The notes under the pieces were generated by a model that was not told where the DNA came from, did no database searches, and was given only the letters and a program-made list of their open reading frames with translations. Positions 6,843-16,063 of a stretch of 64,000 nt of DNA are shown here, in pieces; position 1 is the first letter of the stretch; each line of letters starts with the position of its first letter. Made by a program: the position numbers and the translations under genes. Source of the stretch: an uncultured Phycisphaerales bacterium (GTDB taxonomy: Bacteria > Planctomycetota > Phycisphaerae > Sedimentisphaerales > Anaerobacaceae); assembly GCA_963718665.1 (NCBI GenBank), contig OY970359.1, positions 1,952,001 through 2,016,000 on the forward strand, written 5' to 3'.

Positions 6843-9455
6843 ATGAAGTCGAAGATAAGATTTATTGCGATTAACATTTTTGTGGTTTTTTGTTCGGCCC
6901 TGCCGGTATATGCCGCTGATTTGACGGTCAGTGTTGATGCCTCATCGTATATCCGGGCTATTCCGGAGACGATGTATGGAACAAACATGCAATGCTGGGA
7001 CGGCGCTCAAAACGGCGGAAATGACAATGTCAATACGCTGATAGCGGCGGCGGGCAATAGATACGTGCGCTGGCCAGGTGGCTCCTGGGGAGACGGGGAC
7101 CTTTGGAGCGATATGGAAGGCCCGAATTATTCAAACACATGGATAGTTAGCTATGGCCAATCGATGTATAGAATGAATAAGTTTGACTCCATTATGCAGC
7201 CGATAGTTAATTTCTCGGGTATCTGGAGTGACTCTACAGGGACTGACGTTAACCATTGGGAAGCCGGCGCAATCAGTGCCGCGGCCGCCTGGGTCACTGA
7301 CCAAAGTTCAAGAACCAATTGCGCCCGTTACTGGGAAATCGGCAATGAGCAGGGAGGCCCATGGGAATATGGATATTTTCCGCAAATCAGCGGAACATAT
7401 TACGGCAGCAGATACACTCATATGTATAACGCGATGAAGGCGATTAATCCGCGAATCAAACTTGGAGCAGACTGCGACCCCTGCGACACACCACAACCAT
7501 GGGGGTGGTATGTAGGAATATGGACACGTGATATGTTAAACATAATGGAGGCAAATGGCATTCAGCCTGATTTTCTCATTATCCATTCATATCCAGGCGA
7601 TACCAGCAATACGACATTATTAGGCCCCGATGTTGTGTATATTTCCGATGTTACAAACACTTTGAATAATACAATTTCGACTTCAATAGGCCCTCAATAT
7701 GTAGGCAAAATAAAATACTGGATGACGGAATGGGACGCCGGAAGCCCAAGCACTTATAATAGAGATATGTCTTATGTAAGCGCGTTATTCAAAGCACAGT
7801 ATATTCTGGAGATGTGCAAATACGGCTGGGAAGGTTCCAATCCATGGAGCCAGTATCAGTATCATTATAATGAAACTGGTTATCAGAATTTTCAACCGTA
7901 TCCGAAATGGTATATCTCTCCTATGCTGAGTTATTATTTCGGCAGGGACATGGTGACAGCTACATCCAGCGATTATTATGTCAGGGCATACGCAAGCAGA
8001 GATGACGCTAATAATCTGACTATTGTTATGGCAAATAATTATCCGAGCACCGACAGAACGGTGCATATTAACATATCCGGTTTCGGTGCAGGAACGACAG
8101 GCGGACAATGGCTAATTCAACCCGCAGGTTCAATGATTCCAGGTGGAGTAAATATCCAGGATTATAACGACCTGATGATAAATGGAGTGGTGAATCCAAG
8201 TCCGTCAACCGTGCCGTCATTAAGCAGCGTCGCTGTCACTACAGGTGATTCATTTGATATCAGTTTGCCGAGAAGCAGTATGCTAATTATTAAAATTCCG
8301 CCAGCTAACCAGACACAGCAATTGCCGTATGGCGGGACTGCATGGCCTATTCCGGGGACAATTGAGGCGGAAAATTATGACACAGGGGGCAAATTTGTTG
8401 CCTATTACGATACAACTGTGGGGAACAGCGGTGGTCAATACCGTTCGGATGATGTGGACATCGAGACGTGCAGCGATGGCGGTTATGATGTTACCGGTAT
8501 CAAGACCGGCGAGTGGCTGAAATATTCCGTCAATGTAAATTCCAGCGGCTTATATCAAATTGCAGCCTGGGTCGCTTCGGTGGATTCCAACCAGCAATTC
8601 AGAATCGAATTCGACGGCAAAGATGAGACAGGCCCTGTGCTTTTCGCTTCGACAGGCGGGGCACAGATATTCAGCAGTGTCGATGTTAACGTATTTCTTA
8701 AAAAAGGCCCGCATACTATGCGGCTGTTGATGGACACGAATGACTGGAGCATCGATAAGCTCACATTTACGAAATTCGGCAATGGCACCGGCCTGGCTCT
8801 TCGCGAGGTTTGGTTAAACATATCAGGCGGAGCAGTCAGCAATCTGACATCAAATGTGAATTACCCATGGGATCCTAACAGCAGATTTTTGGAGCATAGT
8901 TTTGAGGGGCCTACAAACTGGACGACGGGCAGCTCCAATTCAAATTTGGACAATTACGGGACACACATACGGGGATATCTCAATCCCATAACCACCGGCA
9001 GTTACACATTCTGGATTGCTGCCGATGATGCTGCGGAATTGTGGTTGAGCACGGATACCGACCCGAATCACAAAAGCAAAATTGCCTATACAACGAGCTG
9101 GACAAATGATTACCGGTGGAATGAGTACTCGTCGCAGCAATCATCGCCGATTTCGCTTGTCGCCGGCCGAAGCTACTATATCGAAGCATTGCACAAGGAA
9201 AATACCGGTGGTGACAATATCGCGGTTGCCTGGCAGGGGCCGGGTATAATACAACAGGCCATCTCAGGTGCTTATTTGACTCCGTATGTTATTGATTTTG
9301 TGGATTTTGGTAATTTTGCGACCCAGTGGTTGAAAACCGGCTGCACCTCAGCCAACGGCTGGTGCAGCGGCGCAGATTTGGACCATGACGGCAACGTCCA
9401 GCTCGATGACCTTATGCAGTTTGTCGCGAACTGGTGGCTTTACGGCGGCGAGTAA
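6843..9455 (+). CDS. Secreted clan GH-A-like glycoside hydrolase with CBM6-like, PA14 and dockerin-like domains
   Basis: RWPGGSWGD, YWEIGNE (acid/base) and WMTEW (nucleophile); IEAENYD (CBM6-like); YTFWIAADDAAELWLS (PA14); ADLDHDGNVQLDDL. Confidence 0.85.
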   Translation: MKSKIRFIAINIFVVFCSALPVYAADLTVSVDASSYIRAIPETMYGTNMQCWDGAQNGGNDNVNTLIAAAGNRYVRWPGGSWGDGDLWSDMEGPNYSNTWIVSYGQSMYRMNKFDSIMQPIVNFSGIWSDSTGTDVNHWEAGAISAAAAWVTDQSSRTNCARYWEIGNEQGGPWEYGYFPQISGTYYGSRYTHMYNAMKAINPRIKLGADCDPCDTPQPWGWYVGIWTRDMLNIMEANGIQPDFLIIHSYPGDTSNTTLLGPDVVYISDVTNTLNNTISTSIGPQYVGKIKYWMTEWDAGSPSTYNRDMSYVSALFKAQYILEMCKYGWEGSNPWSQYQYHYNETGYQNFQPYPKWYISPMLSYYFGRDMVTATSSDYYVRAYASRDDANNLTIVMANNYPSTDRTVHINISGFGAGTTGGQWLIQPAGSMIPGGVNIQDYNDLMINGVVNPSPSTVPSLSSVAVTTGDSFDISLPRSSMLIIKIPPANQTQQLPYGGTAWPIPGTIEAENYDTGGKFVAYYDTTVGNSGGQYRSDDVDIETCSDGGYDVTGIKTGEWLKYSVNVNSSGLYQIAAWVASVDSNQQFRIEFDGKDETGPVLFASTGGAQIFSSVDVNVFLKKGPHTMRLLMDTNDWSIDKLTFTKFGNGTGLALREVWLNISGGAVSNLTSNVNYPWDPNSRFLEHSFEGPTNWTTGSSNSNLDNYGTHIRGYLNPITTGSYTFWIAADDAAELWLSTDTDPNHKSKIAYTTSWTNDYRWNEYSSQQSSPISLVAGRSYYIEALHKENTGGDNIAVAWQGPGIIQQAISGAYLTPYVIDFVDFGNFATQWLKTGCTSANGWCSGADLDHDGNVQLDDLMQFVANWWLYGGE

Positions 9456-9482
9456 GCAAAGATAAGTTGATTGCAAATATAG

Positions 9483-9517
9483 GGGCCACAAATTATTTTG
9501 TGGTCCTTTTTTATTTT
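9483..9517 (+). terminator. Rho-independent terminator
   Basis: GGGCCACAAA/TTTGTGGTCC stem followed by a T run. Confidence 0.7.
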
Positions 9518-9603
9518 GGCGATTATTCGTGGCGGAGGGATTCGATCTGATTCAGTTCTTTTTCGTTGTAGTAGTAGTTATATATCTCGTCTCGTGTGGA
9601 TTT

Positions 9604-10002
9604 GCTATAATAGTTATAAACAAAAATATGGATAATGCCATAAACGGGACATTTAATATAACAAGCTCACATAGTTTCTCTTCAGGAAGAGTATTCACGT
9701 TCGATGCCAACAGTTCCAATATCAGCGAAATTACACCGATAAGTAATATTACAGGCAATTCATTTACTTATACTATTCCCAAAACGACTGTTTGTCATAT
9801 TGTGCTGGATGGCCACTGTCAGTTAAATTATGACCTTACAGGAGATTGCCGAGTTGATATGCTGGACCTCGTTATATTAGTAAATCAGTGGCTTGGAGGC
9901 GACTGTTCGGCTGATCCCCATTGTGCTGATTTCAATGGCGATTTGAATGTTGATTTTACTGATTTTGCATTATTCAGTCAGGAATGGCGGATTAATGAAT
10001 AA
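9604..10002 (+). pseudogene. C-terminal beta-sandwich plus dockerin-like fragment of a glycoside hydrolase (GH44-like)
   Basis: IIVINKN...NSFTYTIPKTTVCHIVL, then DLTGDCRVDMLDL and DFNGDLNVDFTDF; no credible start or catalytic domain. Confidence 0.6.
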
Positions 10003-10022
10003 TTAAGTTTAATGGCAAAAAT

Positions 10023-10061
10023 AAAAGCGTCTGCTTCGATAACGGGGCGGACGCTTTTTTT
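10023..10061. terminator. Bidirectional terminator
   Basis: AAAAGCGTCTGCTTCG/CGGGGCGGACGCTTTT stem with A/T tails between convergent genes. Confidence 0.75.
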
Positions 10062-10098
10062 ACTGCTTAAGATTTTAAATTTGCAACCTCCATATTTT

Positions 10099-10968
10099 TT
10101 AACGTAAGCGTTTAAAGGTGCCGGGGGGTATACCAAAAATCCGTTTGAATACTCTGGAAAAATTGAAAGGATCGCTGAAACCGAATTCCTGCGCCACTTC
10201 CTTTACCGATGAATCTGGTGATTGAAGCCGCTGTGCCGCGAGATTCATTTTCATTCGCATCAGATATTGATATGGGCTTTGGTTGTCGAATCTTTTGAAG
10301 AGTCTGCAAAGATAGGCATTATCTATATTACATTCTTCGGCAATCTTATCGAGGCTTCGAAGCGTAAGGCAATTCTTCTGTATTATTTCTCTGGATTTTT
10401 GATAAGTGTAAAAAGCAGCAGACTTTCGTGTATTTTCAATTATAGAAGTTTCGGTGATTTTAAAAATGAGCTGCTGCAAAATGGCCGTGCATAAAAGGGG
10501 AGTATAAGAACTGCCATTTTGCCCATTTTTTATGAGATCTTCAAAAATTATTATTATCGCATCAGGCGCAGATACCTGAACAGCGCTTCCCAAAGCAGGA
10601 CCGAATTTTCGCAGCATTTTTAAAGCTTCGGGCCCGGTAAAATCGACGAAATATTTGACCAGAGGAAATTCAGTTTCATTTGTAATTATATGAGCTATAC
10701 CCGGGCCGTAAGAAAATACTTTTCCGGCAAAAAGTGTATATTTTTTATCATCAAGAACAACTGCGCCTCTTCCACTTGCCACAAATTCAATGGAATAAAA
10801 AGGGAAATTAGAACGATCGATTCGATACCCGGGCTGACAATGTTCCCGGCCGCCGCATATGACCTTAAGTTTTTGATTTTTTTGAGATTGGGTATCTAGA
10901 TAAAAACGATTTGCCTCCAGAACCTGGTTGGAAAAAAAGTCCGGCTTTCTTTTATCAACAGGAACCAT
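10099..10968 (-). CDS. AraC-family transcriptional regulator
   Basis: Cupin-like N-terminus; C-terminal SVKEVAQEFGFSDPFNFSRVFKRIFGIPP HTH. Confidence 0.95.
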   Translation of the reverse strand: MVPVDKRKPDFFSNQVLEANRFYLDTQSQKNQKLKVICGGREHCQPGYRIDRSNFPFYSIEFVASGRGAVVLDDKKYTLFAGKVFSYGPGIAHIITNETEFPLVKYFVDFTGPEALKMLRKFGPALGSAVQVSAPDAIIIIFEDLIKNGQNGSSYTPLLCTAILQQLIFKITETSIIENTRKSAAFYTYQKSREIIQKNCLTLRSLDKIAEECNIDNAYLCRLFKRFDNQSPYQYLMRMKMNLAAQRLQSPDSSVKEVAQEFGFSDPFNFSRVFKRIFGIPPGTFKRLR

Positions 10969-10980
10969 AAATAATCCATA

Positions 10981-11056
10981 AAAGTCAATAATAGATATCT
11001 ATTGGACAACAATTGGCATATAATGCAATCATATATGCATTATACTAAATATGATG
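10981..11056 (+). promoter_or_regulatory. AraC-type operator/promoter box, copy 3 (divergent araC/operon region)
   Basis: AAAGTCAATAATAGATATCTATTGGACAACAATTGGCATA, then TATACT; begins 12 bp from the araC start. Confidence 0.7.
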
Positions 11057-11175
11057 AGAAAATCAAGAGTCAATAAGATACAGGTATTAATTCCCGATTC
11101 TGAAGTCATTTATTGAGCGGGGTAAAAGAGAGGATAATAACGGCAAAGAAGAACAATTCGGTAGCGGTTTCATGT

Positions 11176-12183
11176 ATGAAAGAGGATGATTTAATTGTCA
11201 TTACAGGGGCCGGTGGATTTATCGCCGGGGCATTAGCGAGATATTTCCGCAAACAGGGCTTTACCCGCATCCGCGCGATAGACAAAAAGCCGCTGCCGCA
11301 ATGGTACCAGCGAACCGAAGGCGTAGAATGCCTCTGCATGGACCTGAGTAATGAGGAAAATTGCCGCAGGGTCTGCCAGGATGCCGTCGAAGTTTACAAT
11401 CTTGCTGCGGACATGGGTGGAATGGGATTCATCGAGCGATTCAGGATAGAATGCCTGCGAAGCATATTAATCAATACACATATGATAGAGTCAGCTTACA
11501 GGGCCGGCGCCCGGAGGTATTTCTTCTCATCTTCAGCCTGCGCTTATAACATCGAGCTGCAGAAAGATAAAAATTCCCGCGCATTAAAAGAATCCGATGC
11601 TTACCCGGCAATGGCTGAGCGGGGATATGGATGGGAGAAACTTATGTCTGAGATGTTCTGCCAGGAATATTATGCGGAAAGAGGATTAGAGACGCATATC
11701 GCGAGGTTCCATAACGTTTATGGTCCATACGGAACATGGGCCGGTGGACGTGAAAAGGCCCCAGCTGCAATTTGCCGTAAAGTCATCGAGGCCAAAGCTA
11801 AAAATTCCAACGAAATCGTTATATGGGGCGACGGAAATCAGACGCGCAGCTTCATGTATATCAATGATTGCGTTAAAGGCATCGATATGATTATGCACTG
11901 CGATAAACTTATAGCTACTCCAGTCAATCTCGGGTCAGACCGGCTTGTTTCAATTAATGACCTGGTTTCAATAGTTGAGTGCATCGGCGGTATCACATTG
12001 AAACGCAAATATGATTTGAATGCCCCAAAGGGTGTTGCCGGACGAAACAGCGACAATACCTTTATTAAAAAAATTCTAAATTGGGAACCCGATACCACAC
12101 TTGAAGATGGATTGAAAAAAACATATGAATGGATTGGACAGCAATATCAGGACCGCAAAGCCGGCAAACAAACGGTAAATTGA
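11176..12183 (+). CDS. GDP-mannose 3,5-epimerase-like NAD-dependent epimerase (start may be upstream)
   Basis: TGAGGFI, LAADMGGMGFI, SSACAY, YGWEK and GGREKAPAAICRK are GME-type motifs. Confidence 0.85.
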   Translation: MKEDDLIVITGAGGFIAGALARYFRKQGFTRIRAIDKKPLPQWYQRTEGVECLCMDLSNEENCRRVCQDAVEVYNLAADMGGMGFIERFRIECLRSILINTHMIESAYRAGARRYFFSSSACAYNIELQKDKNSRALKESDAYPAMAERGYGWEKLMSEMFCQEYYAERGLETHIARFHNVYGPYGTWAGGREKAPAAICRKVIEAKAKNSNEIVIWGDGNQTRSFMYINDCVKGIDMIMHCDKLIATPVNLGSDRLVSINDLVSIVECIGGITLKRKYDLNAPKGVAGRNSDNTFIKKILNWEPDTTLEDGLKKTYEWIGQQYQDRKAGKQTVN

Positions 12184-12187
12184 ATAT

Positions 12188-12985
12188 ATGACGAAAAATA
12201 ATCGACTTATTGAAGATGTAATTGGAAAACTTCCATACAGGCTCGCTCTCGCCGGTGGATGGATTGATCAGCCTTTTGTCTCAATGCGTAATCCTTCGCC
12301 TCCCGGTTCGATGGTAGTTATCAGCGTCGAGCCGCAATTCAGGTTTATAGAGCGGGCCGGCATTTGCAGCAGCACACGTAAGATCGCTTTTAAATTGTGG
12401 AAAGATGGTCTGCCGTTGGGGAATCCTGAAGAGCTTGTTCAAAAACTTTATATGGAGGAGAATAAAGGTAAAGCCAAGCCATCGGGTTCTCAGGATATGA
12501 TTGGCATAATCCATCCCGGAATTAATAGACTGGATTATGATTTCACTTATCGTAAAGGTGTTTTTCCACGCTATATCGAACCATGTAATGATCCCCAAAT
12601 AGCCGGTTGGCTTGAAAAAGTAATTCATATTCTGCCGGTAGCCCCCAGGCCAGAAGGATACAATCCGCTGGAAACAAAAAACCTGTCTCCTGAATGGATT
12701 TCACGTCTCGGAAAGTCAGGCAGGAATTGTTTTGAGGCTATTATCGCCAAAGATGTCGATGCGCTGGGAGCATCGATGAATGAATGTATGTCTTGTTGGG
12801 GAAAAATTTTGCCGGGCACGGTGCGTCATCATAAATTAAATGAGGATTTACTTCCTTTGCTCGAATATTACCGTTCAAATTATCCAGGCGCTATGTATCC
12901 AGGCTGCGGCGGCGGTTATTTATTTGTCGCATCCCGAAAACCTGTCCCCGGCGCTTTCCATATTAAAATTAGAATTAAATCCTGA
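12188..12985 (+). CDS. Divergent GHMP-superfamily sugar kinase
   Basis: PYRLALAGGWIDQ, RAGICSS, SGSQD and GCGGGY. Confidence 0.7.
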   Translation: MTKNNRLIEDVIGKLPYRLALAGGWIDQPFVSMRNPSPPGSMVVISVEPQFRFIERAGICSSTRKIAFKLWKDGLPLGNPEELVQKLYMEENKGKAKPSGSQDMIGIIHPGINRLDYDFTYRKGVFPRYIEPCNDPQIAGWLEKVIHILPVAPRPEGYNPLETKNLSPEWISRLGKSGRNCFEAIIAKDVDALGASMNECMSCWGKILPGTVRHHKLNEDLLPLLEYYRSNYPGAMYPGCGGGYLFVASRKPVPGAFHIKIRIKS

Positions 12986-12993
12986 GTTTCATT

Positions 12994-13383
12994 ATGAAGA
13001 CATTCAAAAGATTCTGCAAATATGTCAGACTTAAAGATGACCCGAAACTTATTGAAGAATATAAAAAACTTCATTCTAAGGGGGCAGGTTGGCCTGAAAT
13101 TACAGAAGGGATGAAGCAAGTCGGTATCATCGATATGGAAATCTATATCGCCGGGACAAATCTTTTTATGATTATGGATACCAGGGTGGACTTCGACCAT
13201 GAAAAAGCAATGGCTCAATTAGCGAAATTGCCAAGACAGTCCGAATGGGAAGCATTGATTTCAAAATATCAAGAAACAAATCACGATGCGACGGCTGGTG
13301 AAAAATGGCGAGTGCTTGAACGAATATTCAAAATGGGCAAAAAAACGAATATGATCCTGAAGACGGCTACATTGAACAGATAG
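12994..13383 (+). CDS. L-rhamnose/L-fucose mutarotase family (DUF718-like)
   Basis: LKDDPKLIEEYKKLH...WPEI...MEIY...LFMIM...EWE. Confidence 0.85.
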   Translation: MKTFKRFCKYVRLKDDPKLIEEYKKLHSKGAGWPEITEGMKQVGIIDMEIYIAGTNLFMIMDTRVDFDHEKAMAQLAKLPRQSEWEALISKYQETNHDATAGEKWRVLERIFKMGKKTNMILKTATLNR

Positions 13384-13420
13384 AGATATGATTTAATCAG
13401 GAATTTTTTGGAGAGATTAC

Positions 13421-15889
13421 ATGAAAATCTGGCAAATAGTTTTATTAACATCAATTTCATCCATCCTTTTGTCAATTAATTTATCCTGTCAGCAAAACAA
13501 TAAAACAAGTCCACAACAAATTCAATCTTTTGAAATGAATTTGGCTGCCAGGCAGGTTTTAAATTTCAATAAGGACTGGAAATTCTCAAGAGGCGATATG
13601 GATGAAGCAGAAGCTGTAACTTTTAATGATTCGAACTGGCAGCCGGTGCGATTGCCGCACGATTGGGCAATTACCGGGCCATTCAATGAAAAAGTTGAGG
13701 GCTCTACTGGCAAACTGCCGTGGGCGGGCGTCGGCTGGTATCGCAAAACATTTACTCTCGATAAAGCTGATAAAGGCAAACGAGTTTATTTCGATTTCGA
13801 TGGCGTAATGGCATTTCCGAAGGTTTATGTCAATGGCCAGTTAGCGGGTCAATGGGATTACGGATATATGTCATTTAGAGTCGATGCCACGCCCTTTGTT
13901 AAATTCGGTGAAAAAAATATTATAGCTGTAAAAGCAGATACCCGTAAGCATGGCTCACGCTGGTATCCCGGCGCAGGCATTTATCGAAAGGTTGTGATGA
14001 CAATAACAGAGCCTGTGCATATCGCTCATTGGGGAACTGATATAACTACACCTAAAGTCACTGATGATTCCGCAACAATTAATGTTTGCAGCACTATTGA
14101 AAATCACAATAAATCAAATTCGAATATAGCTATTGATGTTGCCTTGATTGACCCCGATGGGAAAATAATTGCCTCTCAAACAAAAAATGGAAAAATTCCA
14201 GCCAACGGCTCACGGGATATAAATCAAATTTTTGTTGTTCCAAATCCGCAACGATGGGATATCACAAGTCCGAAACTTTACACAGCTAAAACAATCGTGC
14301 GTATGGGTGATAAGATTATTGATAATGATACAACAACATTCGGTATTCGTGAATTCAAATTTACCGCCAATGATGGTTTTCATCTTAATGGCAGGCGAGT
14401 CCAGCTTCAGGGAGTATGTCTGCATCATGACCAGGGTGCTCTCGGAGCCGCATTCAATACACGTGCAATGGAAAGACAACTTGAGATTATGCGTGATATG
14501 GGCGTAAACGCTGTTAGAACAAGTCATAATCCGCCCGCACCAGAAATGCTTGAGCTTTGCGATAAGATGGGCTTTATTGTCTGGGATGAGGTTTTTGATA
14601 AATGGGACAGGACTGCCGACAGAGTTGACGATAAACCTCCTTTTGTGGAATATGGCGAAAAGCAGGTGAAAAATTTTGTTTTGCGCGACCGCAACCATCC
14701 CTGCGTTGTCGTCTGGTCAATCGGTAACGAAATTCCCAGGGATAAACAAGGAGTTAATCCCGAACGTGTAGAAATGATGGCGGACTATTTCCGTAAATAC
14801 GACCTGACAAGACCTGTCAGTTTGGCTTCCAATGATGACAAGGATGCTTCAAATCATATTTACGACGGCCTCGATATAGGCGGCTTTAATTACCACCGCA
14901 GCTATGGGGCCTTTCGTAAAATGTATCCGGATAGACCAATAATTTACAGCGAATCCGCATCGGCTGTCAGCTCAAGAGGTTATTATGACTTCCCGCTTCA
15001 AAAGAATAAAACAGAGTTGACAAAAAATGTATATCAGGTCAGTTCTTATGACCGAACCTCCAGATGGTGCGATATACCGGATGTCGAATTCAATTACCTG
15101 GATACAGATAAATATGTCAGCGGCGAATTTGTCTGGACTGGATTCGATTATCTCGGCGAGCCTGAACCTTTCATGAAAGAGTCAAGAAGCTCTTATTTCG
15201 GCATTGTGGATTTGACAGGTATTCCCAAAGACCGCTACTATTTATATCGCAGCCGCTGGGCGCCCGATAAGACTACCGTCCACATCCTACCTCACTGGAA
15301 CTGGCCGGACCGAATCGGGCAAAATGTCCCCGTTTATATTTACACCAATGGCGATACCGCAGAACTTTTCCTTAATGGCCGGTCCTTAGGCAAGAAGACA
15401 AAAGAAAAGGAGGCCGGGCCTGGTTATTATGGTGTGATAGACAAATACCGTATTTGCTTCAACGATGTAAATTATGAACCCGGTGTACTTAAGGCGGTTA
15501 CCTATAAAGACGGCAAAGAAATCGGTCAAGCTATTATGAAAACAGCCGGCGAACCTGCGTCGCTTCGAATGACTCCCGATAGAAAAGAACTTGCTGCGAC
15601 AGGCGATGACCTTTGCTATCTACTAATTGAAGCAATCGATGCTAACGGCACGCTTTGTCCTTTGGCGGATAACCTGGTTAAGTTCAGAGTTGAAGGCCCT
15701 GCCGAAATTGCAGGTGCCGATAACGGTAATCCCCGTTCATTTGAATTGTTCCAGGACGCTGAACATAAATTATTCTTTGGTAAAGAAACTTTAATTATCC
15801 GTCCCGCAGAAGGACAGGGAGGCATTATAAAAATTATTGCCGAAAGTGACGGCCTGACGCCAGCTGAAGCTACTGTTTTGAGCAAATAG
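13421..15889 (+). CDS. GH2 beta-galactosidase-like, probable lipoprotein
   Basis: LPHDWAI, RWYPGAGIYR, RTSHNP, WSIGNE and FVWTGFDYLGEP; LSC lipobox-like motif. Confidence 0.92.
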   Translation: MKIWQIVLLTSISSILLSINLSCQQNNKTSPQQIQSFEMNLAARQVLNFNKDWKFSRGDMDEAEAVTFNDSNWQPVRLPHDWAITGPFNEKVEGSTGKLPWAGVGWYRKTFTLDKADKGKRVYFDFDGVMAFPKVYVNGQLAGQWDYGYMSFRVDATPFVKFGEKNIIAVKADTRKHGSRWYPGAGIYRKVVMTITEPVHIAHWGTDITTPKVTDDSATINVCSTIENHNKSNSNIAIDVALIDPDGKIIASQTKNGKIPANGSRDINQIFVVPNPQRWDITSPKLYTAKTIVRMGDKIIDNDTTTFGIREFKFTANDGFHLNGRRVQLQGVCLHHDQGALGAAFNTRAMERQLEIMRDMGVNAVRTSHNPPAPEMLELCDKMGFIVWDEVFDKWDRTADRVDDKPPFVEYGEKQVKNFVLRDRNHPCVVVWSIGNEIPRDKQGVNPERVEMMADYFRKYDLTRPVSLASNDDKDASNHIYDGLDIGGFNYHRSYGAFRKMYPDRPIIYSESASAVSSRGYYDFPLQKNKTELTKNVYQVSSYDRTSRWCDIPDVEFNYLDTDKYVSGEFVWTGFDYLGEPEPFMKESRSSYFGIVDLTGIPKDRYYLYRSRWAPDKTTVHILPHWNWPDRIGQNVPVYIYTNGDTAELFLNGRSLGKKTKEKEAGPGYYGVIDKYRICFNDVNYEPGVLKAVTYKDGKEIGQAIMKTAGEPASLRMTPDRKELAATGDDLCYLLIEAIDANGTLCPLADNLVKFRVEGPAEIAGADNGNPRSFELFQDAEHKLFFGKETLIIRPAEGQGGIIKIIAESDGLTPAEATVLSK

Positions 15890-15910
15890 CCGAATATTTA
15901 AGGAGTATTT

Positions 15911-16063
15911 ATGAAAAAATATGGCTTTACTCTTATAGAATTACTGGTCGTCATTGCAATCATTGGCCTATTGATGGCTATTTTATTGCCAAAGACATTT
16001 AAAAAAGACATCTATTCATTTACAGGGCAAAAGAAAATATTACTCGTTTTAAGGATGATATGA
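15911..16063 (+). CDS. 50-aa prepilin stub (N-terminal methylation segment only)
   Basis: [35 protein letters not shown]; the stop overlaps the GH29 start (ATGA). Not in the ORF track. Confidence 0.65.
   Translation: MKKYGFTLIELLVVIAIIGLLMAILLPKTFKKDIYSFTGQKKILLVLRMI

Noticed and set aside
9529..9603. Hydrophobic N-terminus of ORF 9529-10002 as a signal anchor
   Set aside because: No RBS, and it derives from a GTA-repeat junction sequence; likely fortuitous.
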